64,000 nucleotides of DNA from Leptolyngbyaceae cyanobacterium (GTDB taxonomy: Bacteria; Cyanobacteriota; Cyanobacteriia; Phormidesmidales; Phormidesmidaceae): NCBI GenBank assembly GCA_965263355.1, contig CBDHHL010000049.1, forward strand, positions 96,001 through 160,000, given 5' to 3'. The notes under the pieces are model-generated. The model did no database searches. It was not told where the DNA came from and was given only the letters and a program-made list of their open reading frames with translations. The position numbers were made by a program, and so were the translations under genes. Position 1 is the first letter of the stretch, and each line of letters starts with the position of its first letter. Positions 48,562 through 60,300 of the stretch are shown one piece after another.

Positions 48562-50325
48562 ATGACTAAAACCGTCGTTCCCGAAAATCAAAAATTTAAG
48601 CAGAGAATTTTAGGGGTAGCCTTTGTCAGCGTCTTCATTGATTATATGGGTATCGGCCTTGTTGTCCCACTCTTACCCTTCTATGCTAAAGCCTTTGGGG
48701 CGTCTGCCTTTGAAGTGGGGGCACTATTTGGTATTTACTTTTTATTTGGAATTCTGGCCCCTGTAATCTGGGGGAGTTTAAGCGATCGCATCGGTCGTCG
48801 TCCAGCACTCCTTTTCAACATTGCGGGAACAGCCCTGTCATATCTATGGCTAGGTTTAGCGAACTCACTATGGATGCTTTTTATGGCCCGGATTTTAGCT
48901 GGAGCTTCTGGGGCCAGTATCGTCATTGCCCAGTCCTACGTTTCTGACCTAACCACCACTGAGAACCGCAGAAAGGCCCTAAGCCTTATCGAAGCAGCTT
49001 CGGTCATTGGTCTGGTGATTGGTCCCGCAATCGGAGGATTCTTGCTAGGAAACGAGCCGAACCAACCCAATTTCCGCTTGCCTGGTTTGGTTGCTGCAGT
49101 AGCCTCGGGGCTAATCTTTGGCCTTGCGTTGATAGCGTTACCCCCTGGAGGACCCCGTATACATACTTCATCGCCAGCAATGCCAACATCCCCCCGACAG
49201 GTCTTGGCTGACGTGAACCAGGTGCTTCAACGACCACTCATGGGGGCACTTTTGATCGTGGTCTTTCTAGCAGTGCTAGCTTTCACAGGCATTCAGGCGA
49301 TTTTTGCCCTGTGGTGTGAACAACGATTTGGTTGGGGGCCACAACAGTTTTGTTATTTCGTCATTTATTACTGTATTTGTGTTGTTACGCTACAAGTGGC
49401 TTTGACAAGGCCTCTTTCAAGGCGATTTGGTGATATTGGATTACTTTTATTCAGTCTCATAGTGGGGAGCTGCGGATTATTTATGGTGCCCCTCTCGCAG
49501 ACACTACCACAATTTCTAATACTAGTATTTGCAACAGCAACGGAGGCTCTATTTCATACGGGACGTGCCACTTTAGTAACACAGCTTGCAGGCACCAATC
49601 AACAAGGTAAAACCCTGGGTTTAATGCAATCGGTGATGGGATTATCTCGATTTTTGGGAGCCCTCCTGGCCGGGTATCTATTTGGTGCATTCGGTGCAAA
49701 CTGGCCCTATTGGGTGGGTGCCATTTTAATGATAGCTACCACTGTTATTTGTTGGCAGAAACTTACACAATCGAGCCTAGCTGCGGTAATGCGACAGCGG
49801 CGACGGCAAAAACTCATGCACCTATTTAACCTACTAGATCGAGATCAGAATGGCACAATTGAACGACAGGATTTACAACGAGTCGGTCAGGATTTAGCCA
49901 AACTTAGAAACTGGCTACCGGATACAGCTAAATATCAAAGGTTGCAAACTGCTTTTATGGAATTGAGTGACCGCTTGCAAACATTGGCGGATCGCGACAG
50001 TAACCAGCAGATTGATCAAATCGAATGGCTACATTGCTTGGAACAACCACAACAAGTAGATAATGAGTTTGCCCACCATTTCCTACAAATCATTGACGCG
50101 AATCAAGATAATCAGGTAACGCTGGAAGAATTGAGCACCTTCTACCAAGCATTGGGCATCGATACACCAGCACTCAAAGAAATTTTTGATACCCTTGATC
50201 TCAATCAGGATGGACATCTTTCGCAGACCGAATTCGAGGCTATATTTGCCCAGTTTTTATATAGTGATGACGTCCAGGTACCGGGGAACTGGATGTTTGG
50301 GGCGAGCTTGCCTCTGAAGTTGTAG
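48562..50325 (+). CDS. TetA-like MFS transporter fused to a C-terminal four-EF-hand domain
   Basis: GSLSDRIGRR motif A and GPAIGG motif C; EF loops DRDQNGTIE, DRDSNQQID, DANQDNQVT, DLNQDGHLS; terminal PGNWMFG. Confidence 0.9.
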   Translation: MTKTVVPENQKFKQRILGVAFVSVFIDYMGIGLVVPLLPFYAKAFGASAFEVGALFGIYFLFGILAPVIWGSLSDRIGRRPALLFNIAGTALSYLWLGLANSLWMLFMARILAGASGASIVIAQSYVSDLTTTENRRKALSLIEAASVIGLVIGPAIGGFLLGNEPNQPNFRLPGLVAAVASGLIFGLALIALPPGGPRIHTSSPAMPTSPRQVLADVNQVLQRPLMGALLIVVFLAVLAFTGIQAIFALWCEQRFGWGPQQFCYFVIYYCICVVTLQVALTRPLSRRFGDIGLLLFSLIVGSCGLFMVPLSQTLPQFLILVFATATEALFHTGRATLVTQLAGTNQQGKTLGLMQSVMGLSRFLGALLAGYLFGAFGANWPYWVGAILMIATTVICWQKLTQSSLAAVMRQRRRQKLMHLFNLLDRDQNGTIERQDLQRVGQDLAKLRNWLPDTAKYQRLQTAFMELSDRLQTLADRDSNQQIDQIEWLHCLEQPQQVDNEFAHHFLQIIDANQDNQVTLEELSTFYQALGIDTPALKEIFDTLDLNQDGHLSQTEFEAIFAQFLYSDDVQVPGNWMFGASLPLKL

Positions 50326-50337
50326 CATTTCAGGACC

Positions 50338-51798
50338 ATGACGTTACCAAAACGACAAAGTACTAGCTCTCAGTCCAACCCGTTTCCTACCTCGGAAGGA
50401 AATAAAAATCTTCGTTCAACTCGAGTTTCTGTCAAAAAAACATCCAAAAAAGCACCTAACCTTAGGTTTCTCTGGCGTGGAATAATTCTAGCAGTATCAA
50501 GTTTTGGAATTTTTTTCTTTAGCCCAACTATCAAGGAGATTTTATCGCAAAATAAAGAGATTTTATCGCAAAATAGAAAGAGCACAGTCCAAGATACCGT
50601 ATCCTCTCTCAGTATTCTACCTGTCGAAGTAACCACTACCAACGCTGTTGACTCTTATCAAGTAGAGCACACCTATGCAGGAACAATTATTCCCCGTAAT
50701 AGCAGTGTGCTAAGTTTTGAACGTGCGGGTAAATTAGCCAAAATCGTGGTTGATGAAGGCGATTATGTTGAAATGGGGACTCCCATTGCGTTCCTTGACA
50801 CCCGTACCTTAAAAAACCAGCAATGGGAATTATCAGCGCGGCGCAAACAAATGGTTGCGCAACTGCGGGAAATGGAGGCAGGTGCTAGGGCCGAAACAAT
50901 TGCTGCAGCTGAGGCATCCGTAAGACAATTAAACGAGCAGCTTCAATTAGCTCGTCAAAAAAGCGAGCGTCGCGAGGCTTTATACAATCAAGGAGCAATT
51001 TCTCAAGAGCAAAGAGATGAAGCCTTTAATGAAACGAGCACATTGCAAGCTCGCCTAGATAATGCACAAAGTCAATTAGATGAACTACTGGCAGGAACCC
51101 GTTCAGAACAAATCGAAGCACAGCAAGCCCTGATCGAACAACAAGATGCCAAAATTGCCAATCTAGATATTGAACAAGAGAAAAGTATCCTCAAGGCTCC
51201 TTTTTCGGGCACGATATCTGACCGTTTAGCTGACGTCGGCACAGTTTTAGACGCGGGCCAGGCAATGTTTAAGCTAGTAGAAGATAATCAATTGGAAGCC
51301 CATGTTGGGATTCCCAGCAAGACAGCGTCAGCGACTCAAATTGGTGATATTTTCACCTTACAGGTTGAACAGAACACCTATCAAGCACGAGTCACTTCAA
51401 TTCTTCCAGAACTCGATCCGCAAACTTTAACAGTCACTATCGTCCTCAAACTAGACCAGACAGACTCAACCGCGATTTCGCTGGGGCAAGTGGTCAAATT
51501 ACAACTCACTGAAACAATTAATCAGCCTGGTTACTGGTTACCGATTACGGCCTTAGTAGAAACCGAGCAAGGGTTATGGTCTTGTTATGTATTAGGGAAA
51601 CAGCAAGACGTGACTACTGACAATCAACCAGTCTTTCAGGTTAACGAAAATATTGTGGAAATCTTACATACACAAAGCGATCGCGTCTTAGTTCGAGGAA
51701 CAATCCAGCCCAATCAAAAAGTAATTGTCGATGGCATTCACCGTATTGTCCCAGGCCAACAAGTTCGCATTAGTAATGGCAACCTAACCCCTGAGTAA
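50338..51798 (+). CDS. RND periplasmic adaptor (membrane fusion protein)
   Basis: VDEGDYV, APFSG and GIHRIVPGQ; paralogue of 33342-34634. Confidence 0.9.
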   Translation: MTLPKRQSTSSQSNPFPTSEGNKNLRSTRVSVKKTSKKAPNLRFLWRGIILAVSSFGIFFFSPTIKEILSQNKEILSQNRKSTVQDTVSSLSILPVEVTTTNAVDSYQVEHTYAGTIIPRNSSVLSFERAGKLAKIVVDEGDYVEMGTPIAFLDTRTLKNQQWELSARRKQMVAQLREMEAGARAETIAAAEASVRQLNEQLQLARQKSERREALYNQGAISQEQRDEAFNETSTLQARLDNAQSQLDELLAGTRSEQIEAQQALIEQQDAKIANLDIEQEKSILKAPFSGTISDRLADVGTVLDAGQAMFKLVEDNQLEAHVGIPSKTASATQIGDIFTLQVEQNTYQARVTSILPELDPQTLTVTIVLKLDQTDSTAISLGQVVKLQLTETINQPGYWLPITALVETEQGLWSCYVLGKQQDVTTDNQPVFQVNENIVEILHTQSDRVLVRGTIQPNQKVIVDGIHRIVPGQQVRISNGNLTPE

Positions 51799-51803
51799 TT
51801 CCC

Positions 51804-54800
51804 ATGTGGACTCTATTTTATCGTAATTCTAGACTCCTAATCCTGACAATTTGTCTCATTTTGATTGTGGGAATTTCTTCCTGGCAGTTAATTCCTCGCA
51901 TGGAAGATCCGGCACTGAGCCAATGGTATGGTTTTGTCTTAACCCCCTATCCTGGAGCCAGTGCTCAAAGAGTGGAATCGTTAGTAACGGAAAAAATTGA
52001 GCAGGAATTATTAACCATTGACTCTATTGAAACAATTAACTCCACGTCTAGTATTGGCAATTCGTTTATTGCTATCAACCTCAAAAATACAGTAACAGAT
52101 TTCGAACAAGTTTGGAGTCAGGTGCGAGATCGCCTTGCCGATGTCACGCCTCAACTCCCCCAAGGTGCTTTCGCCCCCGAATACCAGGAAGTTAACCAAA
52201 GAGCCTACACGCTGATAGTTGCCCTCACCTGGAATCTGGATACTCCAACTAACTATGCTGTCCTACGTCGCTTAGCTGAAGCACTCCAAAATGAATTGCG
52301 TCTTATGCCGGGTACGGAAGCAGTTGATTTAATCAGTGACCCCCTTGAGGAAATTGTGGTCGCCATTAATCCGACCCATTTAGCAGCTTTAAACCTCTCA
52401 CCTCAAGAACTCTCGCAACAAATTCAACTGAGCGATGCCAAAGTGGCAGCTGGTCAACTGCATGAAACCAACAATGAGCTACTTCTGGAAGTCGAAAGCG
52501 AACTTGAGTCTTTACAGCGGATTAGACAGATTCCTATCCGTTCAGGTAATCCAGGACAAGTCGCTTACTTAGGAGATATTGCCTCTGTCACCAAAGGTAT
52601 CAGAGAACCGCCAGCCGAGTTAGCAATTATTAATGGCAAGCCCGGAGTCGCTTTAGCGGTTCGCATGGAAGCTAATCAACGCATCGAGCAATGGACAACC
52701 GATGCACATCAAACATTACAACAATTTCGTCAACGGCAGCCCGCTGGCATTGAGTTGGAAACAGTTTTAGAACAGAGTCGTTATGTCGCCCATCGCCTCA
52801 ATAGTTTGTTCAAAAATCTGCTCCTGGGTGCCCTATTTGTCTTTGCCAGCACCTTGTTGATGATGGGATGGCAACCTGCCTTGGTAGTGGGGTCTGCCTT
52901 ACCTTTATCCATACTAATGGTGCTTGGAAGTATGCAGTTTCTGGGCATTCCTCTACATCAAATATCATTAACGGGTCTGGTAATTGCCCTAGGCATGCTA
53001 ATTGATAACCCAATTGTGATTGTCGATGAAATACAGCATCAACTTAAACAAGGGATACCGATTCAAAAAGCCCTTTCCAACAGTGTAAGTTACCTGGCCA
53101 TTCCTTTATTAGCCTCTAATTTAACGACCATTTTGACATTTGTTCCCATCATTTTACTGCCTGGGGATGCCGGAGAATTTGTGGGTACAGTTGCCCTCAG
53201 TGTTATCCTTGCTTTACTCAGTTCTCTATTCTTATCACTGACCATCATCCCTGCATTGCTGGGCAGGCTATTCTCAAAATCATCCCGACGTAAAAATTCA
53301 AGAAAAAATCCCTTAAACCATATCCAAGTCAGAAACTGGAGTTTCTCCTTTTGGAATCAAGGATTTTCCCACTCCAGCTTAAACCGAATATACAGTTTAA
53401 GCCTGGATTTTATTTTGGCAAAACCTATCTTAGGCATATTACTCGCGTTAGTTTTACCGATCACAGGATTTCTAATGGCGACAAGTCTAACAGAACAATT
53501 TTTTCCCCCAGCCACTAGAGATCAGTTTCATATTGAGTTGGAATTATCATCGTCTGCCTCACTGGAGAAAACTCAGGGTGTTGTTCAAGACGCCCGTGCC
53601 ATTATTTTGAATCATCCTGAAGTGACTAACGTCCATTGGTTTCTCGGGAATGAAGCCCCTGAGTTTTATTACAATCTGCCCAGAAGAAGTGAATCTCGGT
53701 CTAATTATGCCCATGGGATTGTCCAACTCACGTCTGAAAAACATCTCAACCAACTTATCAAGACATTACAAAATGACCTGAATCAAGGGTTGCCCTCCGT
53801 GCGTGTATTGGTCAGAAGACTTGAGCAGGGACCTTATATTGCGGCACCGATTGAACTGCGCCTGTATGGTTCTGATTTGCAAGTTCTTAGAAGACTAGGC
53901 AAACAGATTCGTTTGATTTTAGCCCAAGTGAACGGTATTACCTATACTCGTGCTAGTCTGGCTGAGGCTTTGCCTAAGTTAGCTTTACGTTTAGATGAAG
54001 AACACACTAAATTAACAGGCCTTGATAATACTGCCATTGCCGAACAACTCAATACCAGTCTTGAAGGGGCTTTGGGAGGCTCTATTCTAGAAGATACAGA
54101 AGAGTTACCCGTACGCGTTCGTTTGTCAGATCGCGATCGCAGTGACCTTGATCAAATCACAACTCTAGATTTACTTCCCAGAAACATTGCTGAGAATCGA
54201 TCGCCCATTCCTCTAGCGACTGTTGGTGACATCGAACTTGTCCCAGAGTTGGCAAAAATTACCCGACGCAATGGTCAGCGCGTCAATCGTATTCAGGGCT
54301 TTATTGCCCCTGATATTTTGCCTGCGCTCGTCCTCGAAGATTTCCAACAAAAATTTAGTTCGATTGACCTTCCATTACCCCCTGGCTATTCCTTAGAAAT
54401 TGGGGGAGAATCGGCAGAGCGTGATAAAACTGTGGCAAATCTCATGTCCATTGTGAGTGTCTTGCTGGTGGTAATGTTAGCCACGTTGGTGCTTTCTTTT
54501 AACTCTTTTCGGGCAGCAGGTATTATTACCCTGGTAGGTATCTGTTCGATTGGGTTGGGCCTGTTCTCCCTATGGTGTTTTGGGTATCCCTTTGGGTTTA
54601 TGGCTATCCTGGGTACGGTGGGTCTAATTGGTGTCGCTATCAACGATTCTATTGTGGTGCTTGCCGCTTTACGTACCCAACCGGCAACCTACCAAGGGAA
54701 TCCCCAAGCAATCAAAGGTGTTGTCTTGCGATCTACGCGCCATGTTCTGACCACCACAATTACAACGGTCGCCGGATTTATGCCTTTACTATTTTCAGGC

Positions 54801-54920
54801 AGTGATTTCTGGGCTCCGTTGGCGATTTGTATTGTTGGCGGCATTGGTGGTGCCACACTTCTAGCTCTCTACTTTGTTCCTTGTATTGTCATGTATACCT
54901 TCAAATATCGGAGCCACTAA
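51804..54920 (+). CDS. RND (AcrB/AcrD/AcrF family) permease
   Basis: IPRMEDP, IDNPIVIVD, FFPPATR and FWAPLA; 1038 aa. Confidence 0.92.
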   Translation: MWTLFYRNSRLLILTICLILIVGISSWQLIPRMEDPALSQWYGFVLTPYPGASAQRVESLVTEKIEQELLTIDSIETINSTSSIGNSFIAINLKNTVTDFEQVWSQVRDRLADVTPQLPQGAFAPEYQEVNQRAYTLIVALTWNLDTPTNYAVLRRLAEALQNELRLMPGTEAVDLISDPLEEIVVAINPTHLAALNLSPQELSQQIQLSDAKVAAGQLHETNNELLLEVESELESLQRIRQIPIRSGNPGQVAYLGDIASVTKGIREPPAELAIINGKPGVALAVRMEANQRIEQWTTDAHQTLQQFRQRQPAGIELETVLEQSRYVAHRLNSLFKNLLLGALFVFASTLLMMGWQPALVVGSALPLSILMVLGSMQFLGIPLHQISLTGLVIALGMLIDNPIVIVDEIQHQLKQGIPIQKALSNSVSYLAIPLLASNLTTILTFVPIILLPGDAGEFVGTVALSVILALLSSLFLSLTIIPALLGRLFSKSSRRKNSRKNPLNHIQVRNWSFSFWNQGFSHSSLNRIYSLSLDFILAKPILGILLALVLPITGFLMATSLTEQFFPPATRDQFHIELELSSSASLEKTQGVVQDARAIILNHPEVTNVHWFLGNEAPEFYYNLPRRSESRSNYAHGIVQLTSEKHLNQLIKTLQNDLNQGLPSVRVLVRRLEQGPYIAAPIELRLYGSDLQVLRRLGKQIRLILAQVNGITYTRASLAEALPKLALRLDEEHTKLTGLDNTAIAEQLNTSLEGALGGSILEDTEELPVRVRLSDRDRSDLDQITTLDLLPRNIAENRSPIPLATVGDIELVPELAKITRRNGQRVNRIQGFIAPDILPALVLEDFQQKFSSIDLPLPPGYSLEIGGESAERDKTVANLMSIVSVLLVVMLATLVLSFNSFRAAGIITLVGICSIGLGLFSLWCFGYPFGFMAILGTVGLIGVAINDSIVVLAALRTQPATYQGNPQAIKGVVLRSTRHVLTTTITTVAGFMPLLFSGSDFWAPLAICIVGGIGGATLLALYFVPCIVMYTFKYRSH

Positions 54921-55018
54921 CATTTAGTCAGAGATAGCTAAAACTGGTTTCTTCGTATCTGCTTGACGTTATTACTAATAACGCTTCACAAACAATCTAC
55001 ATCACTCTTGTGGAAAGA

Positions 55019-55056
55019 CCTGACTAAACCTGACATTAAACCTGAATAAACCTGTA
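55019..55056 (+). promoter_or_regulatory. CCTGAC direct-repeat operator (4 boxes)
   Basis: CCTGAC 55019, CCTGAC 55029, CCTGAA 55041, CCTGTA 55051 (10-12-10 spacing). Confidence 0.65.
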
Positions 55057-55145
55057 TTTTCACCACTGAAAATTTGCGTGATTATGGTGGAAACACAAAA
55101 TACAGCGACACTAACACAAGTTCTCCTAGAAAGGACAGAGTCAAC

Positions 55146-57266
55146 ATGTTGTTATCGCACACGAACCAGAGAAATCTTTTGCAGGATGGTTTAAGCTTGA
55201 GCCTGATTGATGTATTCCTGAGGCAGATACAGGAGCAACCTGGTCAGCTTGCTTACACATTCCTAAAAGATGGCGAGGTTGAAACAACCCAGCTAACCTA
55301 TGGGAAACTGGGAACTCGGGTGCAGGCGATCGCAACCCATCTACAGTCCACACTATCGTCGGGAGAACGTGTCCTACTGTTGATTCCACCGGGTCTTGAG
55401 TTCGTTACAGCATTTTGGGGCTGCCTGTGTGCCAAGGTGATTGCGGTACCGGCCTATCCACCCCGACGTAATCAGCATCTGGAAAGAATTTTAGCGATTG
55501 TGCAAGATGCACAGCCCAGTCTGATTCTCACAGTCTCTGATCTGCTTGAGAGTCTTCGTTCAAAGTTTCCAGACTCCCCCCTAAGCCAACTACGCTTTCT
55601 CACCATTGATACGCTGCCCGATCACCTCGCCAGCGATTGGCAGCCAGTCGCCGTGAGTCCAGATACGTTAGCGCTTTTGCAATACACCTCAGGGTCAACT
55701 GGCTTACCTAAAGGCGCAATGGTTGCCCATGATAACTTGATGCACAATTGCCAGCTCATTCAAAATGCGGTTGAGCTCTCTGCTGAAAATCGGTCAGTTT
55801 CATGGTTACCGCCTTATCACGATATGGGGTTAATCAATGGACTCATTCAACCCCTATATACAGGCTGTTCGTCGATTTTAATGTCACCCACGGCCTTTCT
55901 GCAGAAGCCTATTCGTTGGTTGCAAGCGATTAGCACATTTCGTGCCACCCACAGTGGTGCCCCTAATTTTGCCTATGAACTCTGTGTTCAACGAATTCGT
56001 CCTGAACAGAAAGAGACCCTGGATTTAACCTCGTGGAAAGTTGCGTTTAATGGGGCAGAACCCATCCAAGCTCACGTCATGGAGAGGTTTGCTGATGCTT
56101 TTGGCGACTGTGGTTTTCAAAAACAAGCCTTTATGCCCTGTTATGGCTTAGCGGAATCTACGCTCATGGTGAGTTGGCAACCTATTCACCAAGCGCCCAA
56201 ATCCGTTACAGTTAGCACCCCTAATTTGGCGGACGGATATATTGAGCTGGTGAGTAACCGCTCTACTGATTCGACTCAATCCCTGGTGAGCTGTGGTGCT
56301 CCAGCAACAGACCTAACGGTACGGATCGTCAATCCTCAAACAGGACAAAGGTGTGCAGCTGGTACTATTGGCGAGATTTGGGTCGCGGGTGCTAGCGTTA
56401 CGCAGGGGTACTGGCAGCAACCAGAATTGACCCAAAAGACATTTCAGGCTTACTTGAGCGATGTCAAAGAAGGCCCCTTTTTACGTACCGGCGATTTGGG
56501 CTGCTTGCTCGCAGGTGAACTTTTTATCACGGGTCGCCTCAAAGAGTTGATTATTATCCGAGGTCGCAATTACTATCCTCACGATATTGAGCGGGTTGCA
56601 GAAAACAGTCATCCAGCCTTGCAACCCCAGAGTGGCGCTGCATTCTCAGTAACGATGGATGGTCAGGAGCAACTCATTGTCATTTACGAGGTAAACAGGA
56701 GCTATCTCCGCAAACTGAATGTGGCTGAAATTGCCAAAGCTGTTCGGCAAGCGGTATCGGTTCAGTTTGAACTTGCGGTTCACACTGTCGTACTGCTGAG
56801 ACCCAATAGTCTCTTAAAGACCTCAAGTGGCAAGGTTAGACGGTTGGCATGTCGTCAGGCATTTTTACAAGAAAGCCTTACCGTGGTGGGTCGGGATCAG
56901 CTAAAAACTTCAGAAATTCCCAGCGATACAGAGGTACCCCTTTTAGGGGCACGTTCATCGAGATCAGTTAAGGTGCCTGCTCAAATGACTGAGCATGACA
57001 TCCAAGATTGGTTGCGATCACGCGTAGCCCATTACTTAAAGATTGACCCTCATCAAGTTGCTTTGGAAGAGCCCCTAGCCTCCTATGGTTTAGAGTCTGC
57101 GGTAGTGGTCACGGTCACTGCAGAATTAGAAGAACTCTTGGGGTATGAGCTAGATCCAGCCTTTTTATTCTGGGAATATCCAACCATTCAAGAGATGGCC
57201 ATTTACCTTTCAACAAACGCGGTTTCCGAAGCAGCGCCGCGTCATAGTCACGCAGACGTTATTTGA
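55146..57266 (+). CDS. Fatty acyl-AMP ligase (FAAL) fused to an ACP; starter unit loading
   Basis: LQYTSGSTG, SWLPPYHDMGLI, CYGLAE, LRTGDLG, GRNYYP and KTSSGK; ACP motif YGLES. ATG at 55146 chosen; ORF track starts at TTG 55074. Confidence 0.92.
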   Translation: MLLSHTNQRNLLQDGLSLSLIDVFLRQIQEQPGQLAYTFLKDGEVETTQLTYGKLGTRVQAIATHLQSTLSSGERVLLLIPPGLEFVTAFWGCLCAKVIAVPAYPPRRNQHLERILAIVQDAQPSLILTVSDLLESLRSKFPDSPLSQLRFLTIDTLPDHLASDWQPVAVSPDTLALLQYTSGSTGLPKGAMVAHDNLMHNCQLIQNAVELSAENRSVSWLPPYHDMGLINGLIQPLYTGCSSILMSPTAFLQKPIRWLQAISTFRATHSGAPNFAYELCVQRIRPEQKETLDLTSWKVAFNGAEPIQAHVMERFADAFGDCGFQKQAFMPCYGLAESTLMVSWQPIHQAPKSVTVSTPNLADGYIELVSNRSTDSTQSLVSCGAPATDLTVRIVNPQTGQRCAAGTIGEIWVAGASVTQGYWQQPELTQKTFQAYLSDVKEGPFLRTGDLGCLLAGELFITGRLKELIIIRGRNYYPHDIERVAENSHPALQPQSGAAFSVTMDGQEQLIVIYEVNRSYLRKLNVAEIAKAVRQAVSVQFELAVHTVVLLRPNSLLKTSSGKVRRLACRQAFLQESLTVVGRDQLKTSEIPSDTEVPLLGARSSRSVKVPAQMTEHDIQDWLRSRVAHYLKIDPHQVALEEPLASYGLESAVVVTVTAELEELLGYELDPAFLFWEYPTIQEMAIYLSTNAVSEAAPRHSHADVI

Positions 57267-57317
57267 AGACTAAATCCCAAGCTGAGTTGATGCACAGATT
57301 GTTGGCCAACGCGTTTA

Positions 57318-60300
57318 ATGAACAATTCTAAAATGACACACGCTTCTGACCCCATCGCAATTATTGGTACAGCCTGCCGCGTCCCAGGTGCTTGTAATCT
57401 AGATGATTTTTGGCACCTATTATCGACAGGTCAAGATCAAATTTCGATTTTATCTCCTCAACGTTGGTCACTTGCGCGTCCTCATCTTTCAGCACAGGAT
57501 CTGGAGAGTATTCGAAAACAATCACCAGTCTGTTGGGGTGGATTTCTCAGTCAAGTTGATCAGTTCGACCCATCATTTTTTGGTATCTCAGCCCGCGAAG
57601 CTGTGAGCATGTCTCCTCAACACCGAGTGTTATTGGAGGTAGCTTGGGAAACATTGGAAGATGCTGCTCTGAGACCGGATCAACTCAATAAAACAAATAC
57701 AGGTGTCTTTTTAGGATTAACGAATCGGGATTATTCTCACTTGGCTTGGAATCATCATGATCTAAAGGATCCTTATTTAACAACAGGAAACAGTTCAAGC
57801 ATTGCCGCTAACCGAATTTCTTATTTGTTGAATCTGTCGGGACCTTGTGTTGTTGTTGATACGGCTTGTTCCTCATCATTAGTTGCCATTCATCTGGCCT
57901 GTCAAAGCATACGAGCCGGTGAATCAACCATGGCGTTTGCCGGAGGCGTTAACTTAACGCTCGATCCCGATCTGATGTTTAACCTGGCTGCAGGTGGATT
58001 TCAGGCACCCGATGGGCGCTGTAAAACCTTTGATAGTCGTGCCGATGGCTATGTGCGGGGGGAAGGTGCAGGTCTTGTATTACTAAAGCCACTGGCTCAA
58101 GCCTTAACCGATGGGGATCCGATTCATGCCCTGATCTTGGGCAGTGCCGTAAACCAAGATGGACGCACTCAGGGGATTACAGCCCCTAAGCCAACAGCAC
58201 AAGAAGCCGTTGTAAGGCAGGCGTATCAACAAGCCGGTGTCTCTCCAGGTCAAGTGCAATATGTGGAAACCCATGGGACAGGAACAAAGCTGGGTGACCC
58301 TATCGAACTAGGGGCTCTGGGTAAAGTTCTTAAAGATGGGCGTAACCCTGACGATGTCTGTTTAGTGGGTGCGGTCAAAACCAATATTGGCCATCTTGAG
58401 GCGGCGTCAGGGATTGCCGGACTAATTAAAGTTGTCCTATCGCTCCAGCATCGTCAAATACCGCCCAACTTACATTTTCAATCCCCAAATCCCTATATTC
58501 CCTTTGGTAAGCTCCCGGTCGAGGTTCCTCAAGCGCTTACGGCCTGGCCTAGTTATGGAGATGATGCGATCGCAGGTGTAAGCGCCTTTAGCTTCGGTGG
58601 CACCAACGCCCATGTTGTTTTACAAGCAGCGCCCCATCGTGAGAAACCTGTAATTCAGATCGAGCGGCCGCTACATCTTCTCACTCTCTCAGCCAAAAGC
58701 ACAACAGCCCTCAAGGACTTTGCCCAACGCTATGAAAAGCATTTGCAATACCATACAGAGCAAACGCTAGGCGACATTTGCTATACCGCCAACATCGGGC
58801 GGGCTCATCATGATTGTCGCCTTGCGATTGTGAGCACTTCAAAAACCGACTTAATGGCAAAGTTAAAGGCTTTTGAACTTGGAGAAGATAACTCAAGTTT
58901 TCTTGAAGAACAGCGATCACCCAATACTCAATCTAATATCGCCTTTCTCTTTACCGGTCAAGGCTCCCAGTATGTAGATATGGGCCGAGAACTGTATGAA
59001 ACCCAACTCACCTTCGGGCGAGCATTGGATCAGTGTGCCGATATTTTGCATGAGGTCAATGTGCCTCTGTTAGAGGTGCTGTATGACCAGGCAGAAGGCG
59101 ATGAGCAGAAGATAAATAACACTGCCTACACTCAACCCGCCTTGTTTGCCCTGGAATATGCGCTGTATAAGCTATGGCAATCATGGGGGATCAACCCTTC
59201 TGTCGTGATGGGGCACAGTGTGGGGGAATATGTAGCGGCCTGTGTGGCGGGTGTCTTTAGCCTGGAAGATGGCCTTAAGCTGATTGCGGCGCGGGGTCGT
59301 CTGATGCAGCAGTTGCCCAGTGGGGGTGGCATGGTATCGTTGATGGCTTCGGTGGAGCAGGTTAAAACAGTCATCGCGGATCAACCAGACGGAACCATTG
59401 CAGCAATAAATGGTCCACAGAGTACGGTTATCTCAGGGCCGATACCAGCGCTTCAAACAATGGTTGAGCAGTTCGCGAGAGCGGGCGTTAAAGGTAAGTT
59501 TTTGTCTGTTTCCCATGCTTTCCATTCGCCGTTGATGGCACCGATGCTGGCTGAGTTTGAGCAAGTAGCCAAGCAGGTCAGTTATTCACCCCCCAAACTC
59601 AAACTGATTTCCAATGTTACCGGCCAGGTGGTTACCGAGGCTGTTGCTACCCCTGACTATTGGTGTGAGCATATTCTGGCCCCGGTTAATTTTGCGGCGG
59701 GAATGGAGCGTCTACAACAAGAGGAGATTAATATTTTTCTCGAATGTGGGCCTCAACCGGTTCTGTTGGGTATGGGTCGGCAATGTCTATCTGAAGATGA
59801 GGAGATAGCCTGGCTACCGTCTCTCAGACCAGGTCAAAACGATTGGCAACAAATACTATCTAGTCTAGGCAAACTCTATATCTGTGGGGTAAACATTGAC
59901 TGGATAGGCTTTGATCAGGACTATCCCAAACGCCGTAAAGTCACGTTGCCGACTTATCCCTTTCAACGGCAACATTACTGGATTGAAGCTGTTAAACAAT
60001 CAATGATTGGTCAGCGGGCTGATAAGCTAATCCATCCTCTTTTGGGACAACAGCTCTTTCTGCCAACGTCTCAAGAAATCCACTTTGAGGCAAATCTGAA
60101 TAAGAATTCACCCGCTTATCTAGGAGACCATCTAGTTTTTGATCAACTGGTTTTTCTCGGCGCAGGTTATTTGGAGATGGCTCTAGCAGCTAGTCTACAG
60201 ATTTTCCAGTGTCAAACTCTAGTGTTAGAGGACGTCAGCTTTGTTAAAGCTCTCGTTTTACCCAGCAACGGTGAAGATGTATCGTTGCATCTGGTCATGA

